From positions 91,329 to 155,328 of the forward strand of contig CAWGVD010000046.1 of NCBI GenBank assembly GCA_963825795.1: 64,000 nucleotides of DNA. Reading direction: 5' to 3'. The notes below the pieces were generated by a model. It made no database searches. It worked only from the letters and a program-made list of their open reading frames with translations, and was not told the origin of the DNA. The position numbers were made by a program, and so were the translations under genes. Each line of letters begins with the position of its first letter. The stretch's first letter is position 1. The stretch comes from an uncultured Actinomycetes bacterium. GTDB taxonomy: Bacteria; Actinomycetota; Thermoleophilia; Gaiellales; Gaiellaceae. Below are positions 9,529-20,186 of this stretch, piece by piece.

Positions 9529-10332
9529 TCAGCGGCGCGTCCCGTACACGAGCACCCACTCGCGCGCGTGCTCGATCTCGCCGTTGTCCGCCAGCTCGGT
9601 GTCCGCGAAGTCGACCCAGGAGCGATGAAGCTCCTCGCGCCGTTCGTCGTCGAGCGACTCCGCGAGCGTTCGCGTCGGCCCGTAGCTCGACACGAACAGC
9701 TGCCAGTACGCCTCGCCGTTCGGAAGGCGAAGCGGCGAGATGCTCCGCTCGAGCTCGAGCTCGAACGCATCCCCGAGGAGATCGTTCACGTGCTGCTCGT
9801 CGCCCCAGTCGAACGGATAGCCGGCGCCTTCCGGCGGCGGAGCCGGTTGAAACGGCCTCATGATGCGGAAGATCGCGGCGAGGCCCTTCTCGGCGGGAGT
9901 CCAGTTCGCGAGCCCGATCCGGCCGCCGGGCTTGACGACCCGGGCCAGCTCCCGTGCGCTCGCCTCGTGGTCGGGCGCGAACATCACTCCACACGTCGAG
10001 GAGACGACGTCGAAGGCGCCGTCCTCGAACTCGAGGTTCTCGCAATCGCCGACGCGGTAGTCGATGTCGAGCCCGCCCGCGCTCGCACGCTCCTTCGCGG
10101 TCTCGATCAGTGCGGGCGCGAGGTCGACGCCGGTCACGTCGGCGCCTGCCTCGGCGGCCCGCTCGGCGACCGCGCCGGTGCCGCACGCGAGGTCGAGCCA
10201 AGTGACGCCTTCCGCGGGTGCGAGCCGATCCACGATGCGCTCGTGAATGTCGGTGATCGTCTCGGTCACGTTCTGGTAGGGCCCCGTGCCCCACATCACG
10301 CTCTGCTTCGCCTTCAGCTCTTCAAACGCCAT
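9529..10332 (-). CDS. class I SAM-dependent methyltransferase
   Basis: LDLACGTGAVAE (motif I). The ORF runs to 10428, but the likely start is MAFEEL at 10332. Confidence 0.6.
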   Translation of the reverse strand: MAFEELKAKQSVMWGTGPYQNVTETITDIHERIVDRLAPAEGVTWLDLACGTGAVAERAAEAGADVTGVDLAPALIETAKERASAGGLDIDYRVGDCENLEFEDGAFDVVSSTCGVMFAPDHEASARELARVVKPGGRIGLANWTPAEKGLAAIFRIMRPFQPAPPPEGAGYPFDWGDEQHVNDLLGDAFELELERSISPLRLPNGEAYWQLFVSSYGPTRTLAESLDDERREELHRSWVDFADTELADNGEIEHAREWVLVYGTRR

Positions 10333-10370
10333 CGTGCCCTCCCAGGCCGCTTTCCGAGCAGCATACTTCG

Positions 10371-11649
10371 GTGGCCGTGGGCGATCTGTTCTCAGATGCG
10401 GCCAACGAACGGCTGCCGGAGACCGCACCGCTCGCCCTTCGGATGCGCCCGCAGCGGCTCGACGATTTCGTGGGCCAGGAGCAGATCCTCGGCGAGCAGT
10501 CGGCCCTGCGGCTCGCGATCGCCGAGGACCGCGTCGGCTCGTCGATCCTCTACGGGCCGCCCGGGAGCGGGAAGACGACGCTCGCGCGCGTGATCGCGAA
10601 CACGACCGGCGCCTACTTCGAGGAGCTCTCGGCCGTGTCGGCGACGGTCTCGCAGGTGCGCGAGGTGATCGCGGGCGCGCGGGAGCGGCTCGGGGCGCAC
10701 GCGCAGCGGACGATCCTGTTCCTCGACGAGATCCACCGCTTCAACAAGGCGCAGCAGGACGCGCTCCTGCCGGCGGTCGAGGAGGGGGTCCTGACGCTGA
10801 TCGGCGCGACGACCGAGAACCCGTACTTCGAGGTCAACTCCGCGCTGCTGTCGCGGTCGCAGATCTACGAGCTCGAGCCGCTCTCGGACGCGGAGCTGGC
10901 GCTGATCGTGCGCCGCGGGGCCGACGAGCTCGGAACGGAGGTCTCCGACGAGATGGTCGAGCTGATCGCGCACCGGGCGGGCGGCGACGCCCGGAACGCC
11001 CTCAACATCCTCGAGCTCGCGTCCCAAACGGCCAGGTCCGAGGGACAGGCCCTCGGACAGGTCCACGTCGACGATGCCGCGCGCAAGCGGCCGCTCGTCT
11101 ACGACAAGGGCGGTGACGCGCACTACGACTTCGTCGCGCGTTCATCAAGTCGATGCGCGGCTCCGACCCGGACGCGTCCGTCTACTACCTGGCCGCGATG
11201 CTCGAGGGCGGCGAGGACGCGCGCTTCATCGCGCGCCGCATGATCGTGCTCGCCTCCGAGGACATCGGGCTCGCCGACCCGCAGGCGCTCGTCGTCGCCG
11301 TGGCCGCGGCGCAGGCAGTCGAGCACGTCGGCCTGCCCGAGGCGCGGCTCAACCTGGCCGAGGCCGCGCATCTACCTCGCGCGCGCGCCGAAGTCGAACG
11401 CGGTCATCACGGCGCTCGGGGAGGCGGCGAAGGACGTCCGCGAGCACGGCCACGTGCGTCCGCCGGACGAGCTGCGCGACACGCACTACTACGGTGCGAA
11501 AAAGCTCGGGCGCGGGAAGGGCTACATCTATCCGCACTCGGATCCGCGCGGCTTCGAGGTCGACCACCTGCCCGGAGCCGCTGAAAGGCAAGAAGTACTA
11601 TCGACCGTCGGGTTCCGGCGAGGAGAAGGGGGACGAAAATGGCGACTGA
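10371..11649 (+). CDS. rarA: replication-associated recombination protein A (AAA+ ATPase), with 3 apparent frameshifts
   Basis: GPPGSGKTT and the [11 protein letters not shown] motif. Continues in other frames: SMRGSDPDA...[11 protein letters not shown] (from about 11140), [18 protein letters not shown] (from about 11370), [15 protein letters not shown] (from about 11575). Confidence 0.7.
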
Positions 11650-12101
11650 GAAGACAGCACGCGCGACCTGGGAAGGCGACCTCGATGAGCGGCTCGGGCC
11701 GCGTCTCGACCGGGAGCGGAGCGCTCTCCGACCGACGGCGTGACCTGGTCGGCCCGCGCCGAGGACGGCCGAGGGCGTGAGCCCGGAGGAGCTGATCGCG
11801 GCCGCGCACGCGCTGTGCGTCTCGATGGCGCTCTCTCACGCGCTGGCCGATGGCGGCAACGCCGCCGACCAGGCTCGAGTCGAACGCGACGGCGACCTTC
11901 GACAAGATCGACGCCGGCTTCCGGATGACGAAGATCAAGCTCGAGATCGAGGGCGAGGTCGACGGCATCGACGAGGCGGCATTCCGCGAGGCGGCCGAGG
12001 GCGCGAAGGAGAACTGCCCGGTCTCGAAGGCGCTCAAGGGCAACGTCGAGATCTCGGTCGAAGCGAAGCTGGCTAGTCCGAGCCCCGCTCAATCCGGTTA
12101 G
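11640..12101 (+). CDS. OsmC/Ohr-family peroxiredoxin-like protein, frameshifted
   Basis: [15 protein letters not shown]..., SPEELIAAAHALCVSMAL and CPVSKALKGNVEISVEA pieces lie in different frames. ATG overlaps the rarA stop. Confidence 0.45.
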
Positions 12102-12741
12102 CCGCGAACTCTCCGAAGTCGCCGCCCATCGACCGGTAGCCCGCCGCCGCGCGCGCGACGTCGTACTCGGTCCGGCGGAACTCGAAGTCGCCGTCCCGGG
12201 TCGCCCACGCGGCGCGCACGTCGCCGTCGAGCGGCATCCCGGCGCTGCCCGGATTGACGAGGTCGGTCCCGTTCGGCCCCGGCCGGCGGAACTGCTGGTG
12301 GCTGTGGCCGAAGACGACGGTCCGGTCGTGCACGCCCGCGAGCATGCGCTCGTCGTCGTCGGAAGGCTGCGGCGGGAAGCTCTCGACGTCCGAGAGCGGC
12401 GAGCCGTGGACGTACAGCACACCGTCGAGCTCGGCCTGCGTCGGCAGCGCGTACAGCCAATCGACGAGCGCCTCGTCGTAGGAGCCCCGGAAGACGTCGT
12501 AGGTCTCCATCACCTCCGGACGGTCGAGCGGCGGTTCGCGAAGCCAGCGCTCGCCGTTCCCGCGGATCCACGTCGCGTTCGGCAGCGCCTTCAACCGCTC
12601 GAGCGTCTCGTCGGGCCACGGGCTCGGCGTCCCGTAGTCGCCGCCGAGCAGCCAGCGGTCGACCTCGAGCGTGTCCGCCTCCGCCAGGATCCGCTCGAGC
12701 GCGGGCAGGTTCCCGTGGATGTCGTACAGAACACCCAGCAT
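12073..12741 (-). CDS. metallophosphoesterase (calcineurin-like)
   Basis: 222 aa. DIHGN, GGDY, GNGE and GHSH metal-binding motifs. Confidence 0.6.
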   Translation of the reverse strand: MLGVLYDIHGNLPALERILAEADTLEVDRWLLGGDYGTPSPWPDETLERLKALPNATWIRGNGERWLREPPLDRPEVMETYDVFRGSYDEALVDWLYALPTQAELDGVLYVHGSPLSDVESFPPQPSDDDERMLAGVHDRTVVFGHSHQQFRRPGPNGTDLVNPGSAGMPLDGDVRAAWATRDGDFEFRRTEYDVARAAAGYRSMGGDFGEFAANRIERGSD

Positions 12742-12761
12742 GGGGAGATAGGCTCGCAGGT

Positions 12762-13550
12762 GTGAAGGCGATCTGCCTCGTCAAGCAGGTGCCCGCGCTC
12801 GGGTCGATCGAGTTCGACGAGGAGACGCACTCGCTGAAGCGCGAGGGCGTGCCGCTCGAGCTGAACGCCTTCGACCGGTTTGCGGTGCAGCACGGCGCCC
12901 TGCTCGCGGACGAGGTCGTGGTGATGACCATGGGCCCGCCGCAGGCCGAGGAGGCGCTGCGCGAGGCGCTCGCGCTCGGAGCCCAGCGGGCGATCCATCT
13001 CTCGGATCGCGTGTTCGCGGTCGCGGACACGCTCGGGACCTCGCGCACGCTCGCGATGGCGATCGAGAAGGAAGGCGCCGATCTCGTCCTGTGCGGCCGC
13101 AAGGCGCTCGATTCGGAGACCTGGCAGGTGCCGTCCCAGGTGGCCGCGTTCCTCGGCTGGCCGCACGTCACGAACGCGGCGGCCGTCGAGCGCTCAGGCG
13201 ACACGCTCCGGCTCACGCGCCACACGGACTTCGGCGAGGAGGTGTACGAGGCCGGCCTCCCGGTCGTCGTCTCCGTCGGCCTCCCGCCCGCGCAGGCGAC
13301 GAGCGGCAACGCAGACGGCCCGATCGAGGTCTGGCAGGCGACCGATCTCGTCGACCAGGTCTTCGAGTACGACAAGCGCTTCGGACAGACCGGATCGCCG
13401 ACACGCGTGCTCGCCGTCCGCGACTCCCGGCCCGAGCGTGCCGGGATCAGCGTCGCGAGCGCAGACGAGGCGGCCGCGAAAGTCCGCGAGCTGCTCGCGG
13501 AGCGGGCGCCCGAGGCACCGAGCTGGGAGAAGCCCGCTCACATCGCAGAA
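12762..13550 (+). CDS. etfB: electron transfer flavoprotein beta subunit
   Basis: MKAICLVKQVP start. Runs in the same open frame into etfA (no stop found). Confidence 0.65.
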
Positions 13551-14509
13551 GAGCCGGGCACGAGCTACGACTGCTGGAGCGTCTGCGAGCTCGTTGACGG
13601 GCGGCCGCGGCGGGTCTCGCTCGAGCTGATCGCCCGGAGCCGCGTGCTGGCGGGGAAGCTCGGCGGGCGCGCCGTCGCACTGCTGATCGGCCACGAGCTC
13701 GACGAGCCCGCCCGCGAGGCGGCGCTGCACGGGGCAGAGGTCGTCTACCTCGCCGACGATCCGGCCCTCGCCGAGTACCACCCGGAGCTGTGGACCGCGG
13801 TCCTCCGCAGGGTCCTCGTCGACCACTTGCCGCGCGCCCTCCTCGTCCCCGCGACCGGCCGCGGGCGGGACTACGGCCCGCGCACGGCGGGCGAACTGGA
13901 GCTCGGAATGACCGCGGACTGCGTCGGCGTCGACATCGCCAAGGCGGGGCGTCTGCTGCAGCAGAAACCGGCCTACGGCGGCAACATCGTGTCGGTCATC
14001 ATGGGCGCGACGACTCCTCAGCTCGCGACGGTGCTCCCGCGCATGTACGAGCCGCTCGAACCGCAGGACTTCAATGCGGAGGTCCATCGCCTCGACCTCG
14101 GCTCGCTGCCGGAGCCGAGGGTGAAGGTCGTCGAGCGCACGCGCGAGCTACAGCTCGTACGACCTGGACGAGCACGACGTCGTCGTCGGGCGTCGGGCAG
14201 GATGTCGATCCCGAGCTGGTGGCCGCGATCGAAGCCATGGATGCCGCCGTGGCGGGAACGCGCGAGGCATGCGAGGCCGGGCTCGTGCCACGAACGCGCC
14301 AGGTCGGGCTGCTCGGACGGCCGGTCGCGCCGAGGCTCTACGTCGGAGTCGGGGTCGGCGACGACCTCGAGCACTGGGGCGGCGTGGTCAAGGCCCGCGT
14401 CATCGCGACGATCGGCGACGAAACCCCGGACGATGCGGACGTCTCGGTCTCGGGCGACCCGCGTGAGATTCTTCCGATCCTGCTTGACTCGGTCATGCCC
14501 GCGGCCTGA
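13551..14509 (+). CDS. etfA: electron transfer flavoprotein alpha subunit (frameshift near 14160)
   Basis: VSLELIARSRVLAGKLGG..., then the C-terminus LYVGVGVGDDLEHWGGVVKARVIATIGDE in the 13790..14509 frame. Confidence 0.6.
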
Positions 14510-14521
14510 AGATGCGAGCCC

Positions 14522-14914
14522 TTGAACACTGTGGCCACGGAGGGTGGGGTCCGCGTCTTGCTCGCCGACGACGATGAGGATTTCCTCGTGTCGCTGCGCG
14601 AGCTGATCGAGGTGCAGCGAGAGCTGACAGTGGTCGCGACGGCGACGAACGGGCTGTCCGCGATCGAGCTCGTCGACGAGCTTGCGCCCGATGCGGTCGT
14701 GCTCGATCTGCACATGCCCCTCCTGGACGGGGTGACGACGATGGCCCGCCTGCGCCGCGACCATCCGCACCTGTGCCTGATCGCGCTCACCGGGGACGGC
14801 GCCCCGGCTCTGCATTCGGCGGCGAAGGAGTCCGGCGCGGACGACGTACTGCTGAAGAGCGAGTTCGTCGACGGCCTGCTCGGCCGGCTGACCGCAGCGA
14901 AAGTGCCAGCCTGA
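14522..14914 (+). CDS. single-domain response regulator (CheY-like receiver)
   Basis: 130 aa. VLLADDDE....LDLHMP receiver motifs. No output domain. Confidence 0.7.
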   Translation: MNTVATEGGVRVLLADDDEDFLVSLRELIEVQRELTVVATATNGLSAIELVDELAPDAVVLDLHMPLLDGVTTMARLRRDHPHLCLIALTGDGAPALHSAAKESGADDVLLKSEFVDGLLGRLTAAKVPA

Positions 14915-14949
14915 TTCTGAATCTCGTGACGGCTACACTTCGCCCGCGC

Positions 14950-15022
14950 GGCGAGGTAGCTCAGTTGGTAGAGCACACGGCTGAAAACCGTGGTGTCGCC
15001 GGTTCGATTCCGGCCCTCGCCA
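14950..15022 (+). tRNA. tRNA-Phe (GAA)
   Basis: GGCGAGGTAGCTCAGTTGGTAGAGCACACGGCTGAAAACCGTG...GGTTCGATTCCGGCCCTCGCCA. Cloverleaf with anticodon loop CTGAAAA. CCA not encoded. Confidence 0.9.
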
Positions 15023-15082
15023 TTTTCGGCGCGCCGCAGGCGGCCCGAAAATGTCAACGCCGCCGAAGGCGGCAAGACCGAA

Positions 15083-15131
15083 GGCTGTGCCCGCAAAAAA
15101 GGACGTTGGGGCCGGTGTCTCCGTGCCGCCA
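15083..15131 (-). terminator. rho-independent terminator (minus strand) after the 15152.. gene
   Basis: GGACGTTGG...CCAACGTCC 9-bp stem followed by TTTTTT on the minus strand. Confidence 0.5.
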
Positions 15132-15151
15132 ACGTCCTAGTGACGTGAAGC

Positions 15152-15781
15152 CTACGCCCCTCCGCCTTTCCGTGCCGACAACGCTGTCCCGTTGCCGGCG
15201 GCGAAATCCGCAAATTCCGCGAAACCGTGCTCGCCCAATCTCGCGCGCAGCACCTCGGGCGGCACGTAGATCGGCGTCTCCGGTCCGGCCGAGAACGAGA
15301 AGACGACCGCCCCGCCCGGCGCCGTGACGCGGGCCAGCTCCTCGAAGAACGGGATCATGTTCGCGAGCGAGACGAGGTCGAACGAGCCGTCCGGATACGA
15401 GAGCCGCTCCGCGTCGGCCTGCTCGAAGCGCACGCGCCCGGCGAGCTCGGGCGGAGTCAGCTTCCTGGCCTCGGCGAGCATGTCCTCCGCCAGGTCGACG
15501 CCGACCACCTCGGCCTCCGGGTAGCGCTGCGCGAGCAGAAACGCAGCGCGGCCCGTGCCGGTGCCGAGATCGAGCACACGCTTCGGGCTCGCGTCGAGCG
15601 CGTCGAGAGCCGCCTCGAGCGATGCGAACGCCTCGGGCGTCCGCCGCTGGTCCCACGCCGGCGCGATCCGGTTGAACTGCGCCCGCGTCAGCCACCGGAA
15701 GAGCGGCCACGCCCGCGGCCAGCGCACGACCTGGTTCGTCGTGAAGCGCGCGAACTTCCGGCCGAGCCGTTCGAGCATCAG
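15152..15781 (-). CDS. class I SAM-dependent methyltransferase
   Basis: VLDLGTGTGRAA motif I. Start MLERLGRKF. Confidence 0.55.
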   Translation of the reverse strand: MMLERLGRKFARFTTNQVVRWPRAWPLFRWLTRAQFNRIAPAWDQRRTPEAFASLEAALDALDASPKRVLDLGTGTGRAAFLLAQRYPEAEVVGVDLAEDMLAEARKLTPPELAGRVRFEQADAERLSYPDGSFDLVSLANMIPFFEELARVTAPGGAVVFSFSAGPETPIYVPPEVLRARLGEHGFAEFADFAAGNGTALSARKGGGA

Positions 15782-16584
15782 TCGGCCAGCCTGATCCGTA
15801 CCTCGACCCCGGGTTGTGCCGAGAAGAACGTGCCCGCCGCGCTGCCGCCGCTGATCGCGATCGCGATGTTCTCGTAGGCGTCCTCGTAGACGATGATCTC
15901 GCCGTCGCGCGCATCCGCGAACGTCCGCGCGGTGACCGCGTAGTAGCGCTCCGACGCGATCTCGAGCTCGACGCGGGTGCCCGGCTCGGGCGCGAGCTCC
16001 TCGAGATCCTTGCGCGTCAGGTTCAGCTGCATGTTCCCGAAGCGGTCGACGTAGAGGCACGAGGCGAGGATCCGCCGGTGCGTCACGTCCGGCTTGGGCA
16101 CGTCGAGCCGGACGAGGGACGCGGGCTCGATCCTCGGGCCGAGGTCTTCGAGCGCGACCCCGCCCACGAGATGCGCCGCCGCCGGCGAGAAGACGTCGCG
16201 CCCGTGGAACGTCGCCGAGACGTGGTCGAGCAGGTAGGCCGGGTTCGTGATCTCGTGCGCGGCCTCGATCCCGCCCACCTTCTCGGCCGCCGGAACGAGC
16301 AGCCCGTTGTCGGGCCCGACGAAGAGCCGGCCGTCGCCGGATCGCAGCGCCACGGAAAGGCGCCCGCCGCCGACTCCCGGGTCGACCACGGCCAGGTGCA
16401 CGCCCTTCGGCAGGTACGGGAGCGTGTTCGCGAGCACGAGCGCGCCCTGGAGCACGCCGTGCCGCTGGATTCCGTGAGTGAGGTCGAGGATCTCGACCTC
16501 GGGCGCGATCACCTTCATCACGCCGTGGCAGGTGCCGACGAAATCGTCCTCGAGTCCGAAGTCGCTCAGGAAGGTGATCAGCAC
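15778..16584 (-). CDS. SAM hydroxide adenosyltransferase / DUF62 (fluorinase-chlorinase family) protein
   Basis: 268 aa. MLITFLSDFG...VVDPGVG motifs. Confidence 0.65.
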   Translation of the reverse strand: MLITFLSDFGLEDDFVGTCHGVMKVIAPEVEILDLTHGIQRHGVLQGALVLANTLPYLPKGVHLAVVDPGVGGGRLSVALRSGDGRLFVGPDNGLLVPAAEKVGGIEAAHEITNPAYLLDHVSATFHGRDVFSPAAAHLVGGVALEDLGPRIEPASLVRLDVPKPDVTHRRILASCLYVDRFGNMQLNLTRKDLEELAPEPGTRVELEIASERYYAVTARTFADARDGEIIVYEDAYENIAIAISGGSAAGTFFSAQPGVEVRIRLAD

Positions 16585-16585
16585 G

Positions 16586-17225
16586 TCAGCGCGACGCTAA
16601 CGAACCGACGGCCGCAACGAGGCCGTCCAGATCGTGCGTCTCGGCCTCGGCGACGACCCGGAGACCGACCGACTCGGCGACGCGGGTCGTCTCGGGCCCG
16701 ATCGAGACGACCGGGATGTCGACCCCGAGTGCCGCGAACGACTTCGCCGCCGACCCCGACGCGAGCACGACGAGATCGCCCTCGGGAGGCTCGTCCGGCC
16801 GAACGAGCTGCGTCGTGTAGAGCGGGACGAAGTCGGCCCCGAGCTCGTCGATCGGCCGTCGCCGCGATCCTTCGGCCGCTGCGAAGAGGACGCGCCCCGC
16901 AGGCCGCGGGAACTCCGCGAGGAGGCCGTCCTGCGACGAGACACGCGGGACGAACGCGGGCTCGATCCCCAGCTCGCGAAGCGCCTCGGCCGTTCCTGGG
17001 CCCACTGCCGCGACCCGCGGGAGCAGCCCATTGGCGCGCCTGACGAGCTCGGCGGCGCCGTTCGGGCTCGTGACGATCACCCAGTCGTAGCCCTCGACGT
17101 CAACCGGATCATCGGTTGGCTCGATCTCGATCAACGGGCATTCGACGACCTCGTGGCCCTGCTGCTCGAGACGCTCGACGAGTGGCCCAGCCTGCGCGCG
17201 CGGACGCGTGACGACGACCTTCACG
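16586..17225 (-). CDS. hemD: uroporphyrinogen-III synthase
   Basis: C-terminal roughly 210 aa of the 16586..17563 ORF (VKVVVTRPRAQAGPLVERL...). Overlaps the hemC stop. Confidence 0.6.
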
Positions 17226-18045
17226 CGGCGAGCGCGGCCAGCTCCGACGCGAGCGCGGCCGGGTCGTCTCCGGTGCGGCGCTCGACCCAACGGCCGTCGG
17301 GGTCGGCGATGAGCGCCGTCAGCGTCTCGCCGTCGTGATGCGCCGCGATCGGAGCGAGGCAGCCTCCGCCGATCGCCGCCACGCAGGCGCGCTCGAGCTC
17401 GACCCTGCGCGCCGTCTCCGCGTCGCTCGCCGCCGCCACGAGGTGCTCCTCGCCGCGGCGAACCTGGAGCGCGAGCGCGCCCTGTCCCGCCTCCGGGAGG
17501 AGCTCGTCGGGGTCGAAGCGGTGCCCGATCTCGCTCCCGAGCCCGAGCCGGTCGAGCCCGCACGCCGCGAGCACGACCGCGTCGAGCCCGCGCTCGCCGC
17601 GCTTACGAAGCCTCGTGTCGATGTTCCCGCGCAACGGCTCGATCGACAGCGACGGCTCCAGCGCGAGCAGCTGCGCACGCCGCCGGATCGACGCGGTGCC
17701 GATCCGCATCCCGGGCTCGATCCCGGACGCCCCGCAGAGCGCGTCCCGAGGATCCTCACGCGCCAGGTACGCCCCGACCGCGAGACCGTCCAGGTCCGTC
17801 GAGGTCATGTCCTTCGCGGAATGGACCGCAACGTCGATGCGCCCGTCGAGCAGCGCCTCCTCGAGCTCCTTGACGAAGACGCCCCGCTCGCCGATCTCGC
17901 CGAACGGCTTCGTCCGGTCGCGGTCGCCGGCAGTCGTGATCGGAACGAGGGCGATCTCGATCCCGGGCCCGCGGATCGCGTTCGCCGCGAGCTCGGCCTG
18001 CGTGAGCGCGAGCCGGCTACCGCGGCTTCCGACGCGAATCAGCAT
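17221..18045 (-). CDS. hemC: porphobilinogen deaminase (hydroxymethylbilane synthase)
   Basis: 274 aa. RVGSRGSRLALTQA N-terminus and HSAKDM motif. Confidence 0.85.
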   Translation of the reverse strand: MLIRVGSRGSRLALTQAELAANAIRGPGIEIALVPITTAGDRDRTKPFGEIGERGVFVKELEEALLDGRIDVAVHSAKDMTSTDLDGLAVGAYLAREDPRDALCGASGIEPGMRIGTASIRRRAQLLALEPSLSIEPLRGNIDTRLRKRGERGLDAVVLAACGLDRLGLGSEIGHRFDPDELLPEAGQGALALQVRRGEEHLVAAASDAETARRVELERACVAAIGGGCLAPIAAHHDGETLTALIADPDGRWVERRTGDDPAALASELAALAA

Positions 18046-19250
18046 TCTCGTCGTCAGGCAGGTCGAACAGATCCCTCGCCACCTCGACGTAGCCCGTGCC
18101 CTCGGTCGCGGCCGCCTGCTTGAGCCGCACGATCGGCACGTGCAGGAGCTTGTTCACGATCTGCGTCGTCAGCGACTCGACCGTGCGCCGCTCGCTCTCG
18201 GAGAGGCCCTCGAGCCGGCTCTCCGCCTTGGCCAGCTCACCGGAGCGAATGCTCTCGGCGCGCTCGCGCAGGGACGCGATCGCCGGCACGACCTGGAGGC
18301 TCGCCTGCCAGTCGCGGAACCGCTCCGCCTCGCGCTCGACGATCCCCTCGGCGCGCTCCGCCTCGCGCCAGCGGCCGTTGAGGCTCTCGCGCACGACCGC
18401 CTGGAGGTCGTCGATGTCGTACAGGTAGCAGTCCTCGAGCCGGGCGACCGCGGGGTCGACGTCGCGCGGCACGGCCAGGTCGATCACGAACAGCGGGCGC
18501 CCCTTCCGGTCGGGCACCTGATCCCGCGACATGAATCGGCTCCGGCGAGCTCGTCGAGGAGACGACGACGTCCGCCTGGTCGAGCTCCGATCCGAGCCGG
18601 TCGAACGGAACCGCGTGCGAGTCGAACGCGTCGGCCAGCCTGGCTGCGTTCGCCTGCGTCCGGCTCGTCACGGCCCCGATCGTCGCGCCGCGCGCAGCGA
18701 GCGCCCGGGCGGCGAGCTCGCTCACCTCGCCGGCGCCGACGAGCAGCACGCGGCAGCCCGTCAGGTCGCCGAACACCTGCTGCGCCAGCGCCGCAGCCGC
18801 GGACGAGACCGACGCGGGGCTCTCGTTGATCGCCGTCTCCGTCCGCACCTTCTTGCCCACGCGCAGCGCCTCGCGGAACAACCGGTCGAGCACCGGGCCG
18901 TGCGCGCCCGCCTCGTACGCGTCGCGCACCTGGCCGAGGATCTCGCCCTCGCCCGGAACGAGCGAGTCGAGGCCGGCCGCGACCCGGAACAGGTGCAGCG
19001 CCGCAGCCTCGTCGGTCATCCGGTAGAGCTCGACCTCGTCGCCGAGCAATGCCTGCGACGCGCGCTCCTCGGCCGCCTCGGGATCCGAGTCCACGAGGTA
19101 GAGCTCGGTGCGGTTGCAGGTCGAGAGGCACACCGCCTCGCCGCTGCGGGCCATCCTGCGCGCGAGCTCCGCGGCTCCCGTCGAGATCGAGGGCGACGCG
19201 CTCGCGCACCTCGACGGGAGACAGGCGGTGCGACGTGCCGACGAGGACGA
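18017..19250 (-). CDS. hemA: glutamyl-tRNA reductase, at least 2 frameshifts
   Basis: MSLVLVGTSHR...; then CLSTCNRTELY...GEGEILGQV...LLVGAGE; then a C-terminal dimerisation part in the 18017..18532 frame. Confidence 0.7.
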
Positions 19251-19253
19251 GGC

Positions 19254-20041
19254 TCATGCGAAATGCCCCATGTGCACGCTGAGCTGCATGGCGACGACCA
19301 GCGCGAAGCCGGCCAGCGTCGTGTACGCGGCCCGCCGGCCGTGCCAGCCCGCCCCGAAGCGCAGCACGAGAAACGCGCCGTACACGGCCCACGTCAGCAC
19401 CGTGAGCACGATCAGAGGGTCGAGCTGCGAGTCGTGGCGCAGGCGCGCGAACCCGACGGCCATCCCGAGCGTGAGCACCGGCAGCGAGTAGGCGACCGTG
19501 CGGCCGAACAGCGACTCGAGGGTGACGAGCGAGGGCGCGCGGAACCGCAGCACCGTGGAGCTCCGCCGCTTCAGCTCCCGCTCCTGCCAGAGATAGAGCG
19601 CCAGCGAGCGCGGCGGCGAGCGTCAGGCCCGCGAACCCGGCCAGCACGAGGCCGACGTGAGCGATCAGGAACAGCGACGAGTAGCCGCTCCGGCCCGACG
19701 CCGCCCACGCCTCCGGCGGCGTACGAGATCGCCAGCAGCAGCGCGGCCAGCGGCATCACGACGAGCCCGAGCAGCCTGAACCGCGGCTTGCAGCCCCAGA
19801 TCAGATACGCACCGACGACGAGCCAGACGAAGAGGTTGAGCGATCCGGCCCACGTGTCCCACGGAAAGCCGTCCGCGCGCGCCGCCTGCGCGACGAGGAG
19901 CGCCGTCTGCACGAGCCAGCCGATGCGCACGCCCCAGGTCGCCAGCCTGCCCATCGAGCCGGGCCGCCGCGCATCGCCCGCGTACGCGACCGCAGCCTCG
20001 CCGTACGCGAGCAAGGCCGGCCAGAAGAGCAGCTCAGCCAC
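19254..20041 (-). CDS. CcsA/HemX-family heme-handling membrane protein (frameshift near 19560)
   Basis: Multi-TM protein with a W-rich segment (FPWDTWAGSLNLFVW). Sits directly upstream of hemA. Confidence 0.45.
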
Positions 20042-20186
20042 CGAGCTTCTCCCGCGCGGCCCGCGTCAGGTCCGCGAGCTCCTCTTCGAGCCGCGAGACC
20101 TTGAGCGCGATGATCAGCAGGTAGACGAGGAGCATCCCGAGCAATACAAGGTACGCGCCCGTCACGTACTTCTCCGCGGTCGTCAT
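20034..20186 (-). CDS. ccmD: heme exporter protein D-like small membrane protein
   Basis: 50 aa, MTTAEKYVTGAYLVLLGMLLVYLLIIALKV.... Overlaps the ccmC stop. Confidence 0.4.
   Translation of the reverse strand: MTTAEKYVTGAYLVLLGMLLVYLLIIALKVSRLEEELADLTRAAREKLGG

Noticed and set aside
15023-15151. Possible integrated element at the tRNA-Phe 3' end
   Set aside because: No direct repeat of the tRNA 3' end and no integrase were seen downstream. The hairpins there are ordinary terminators (one followed by T6 on the minus strand).
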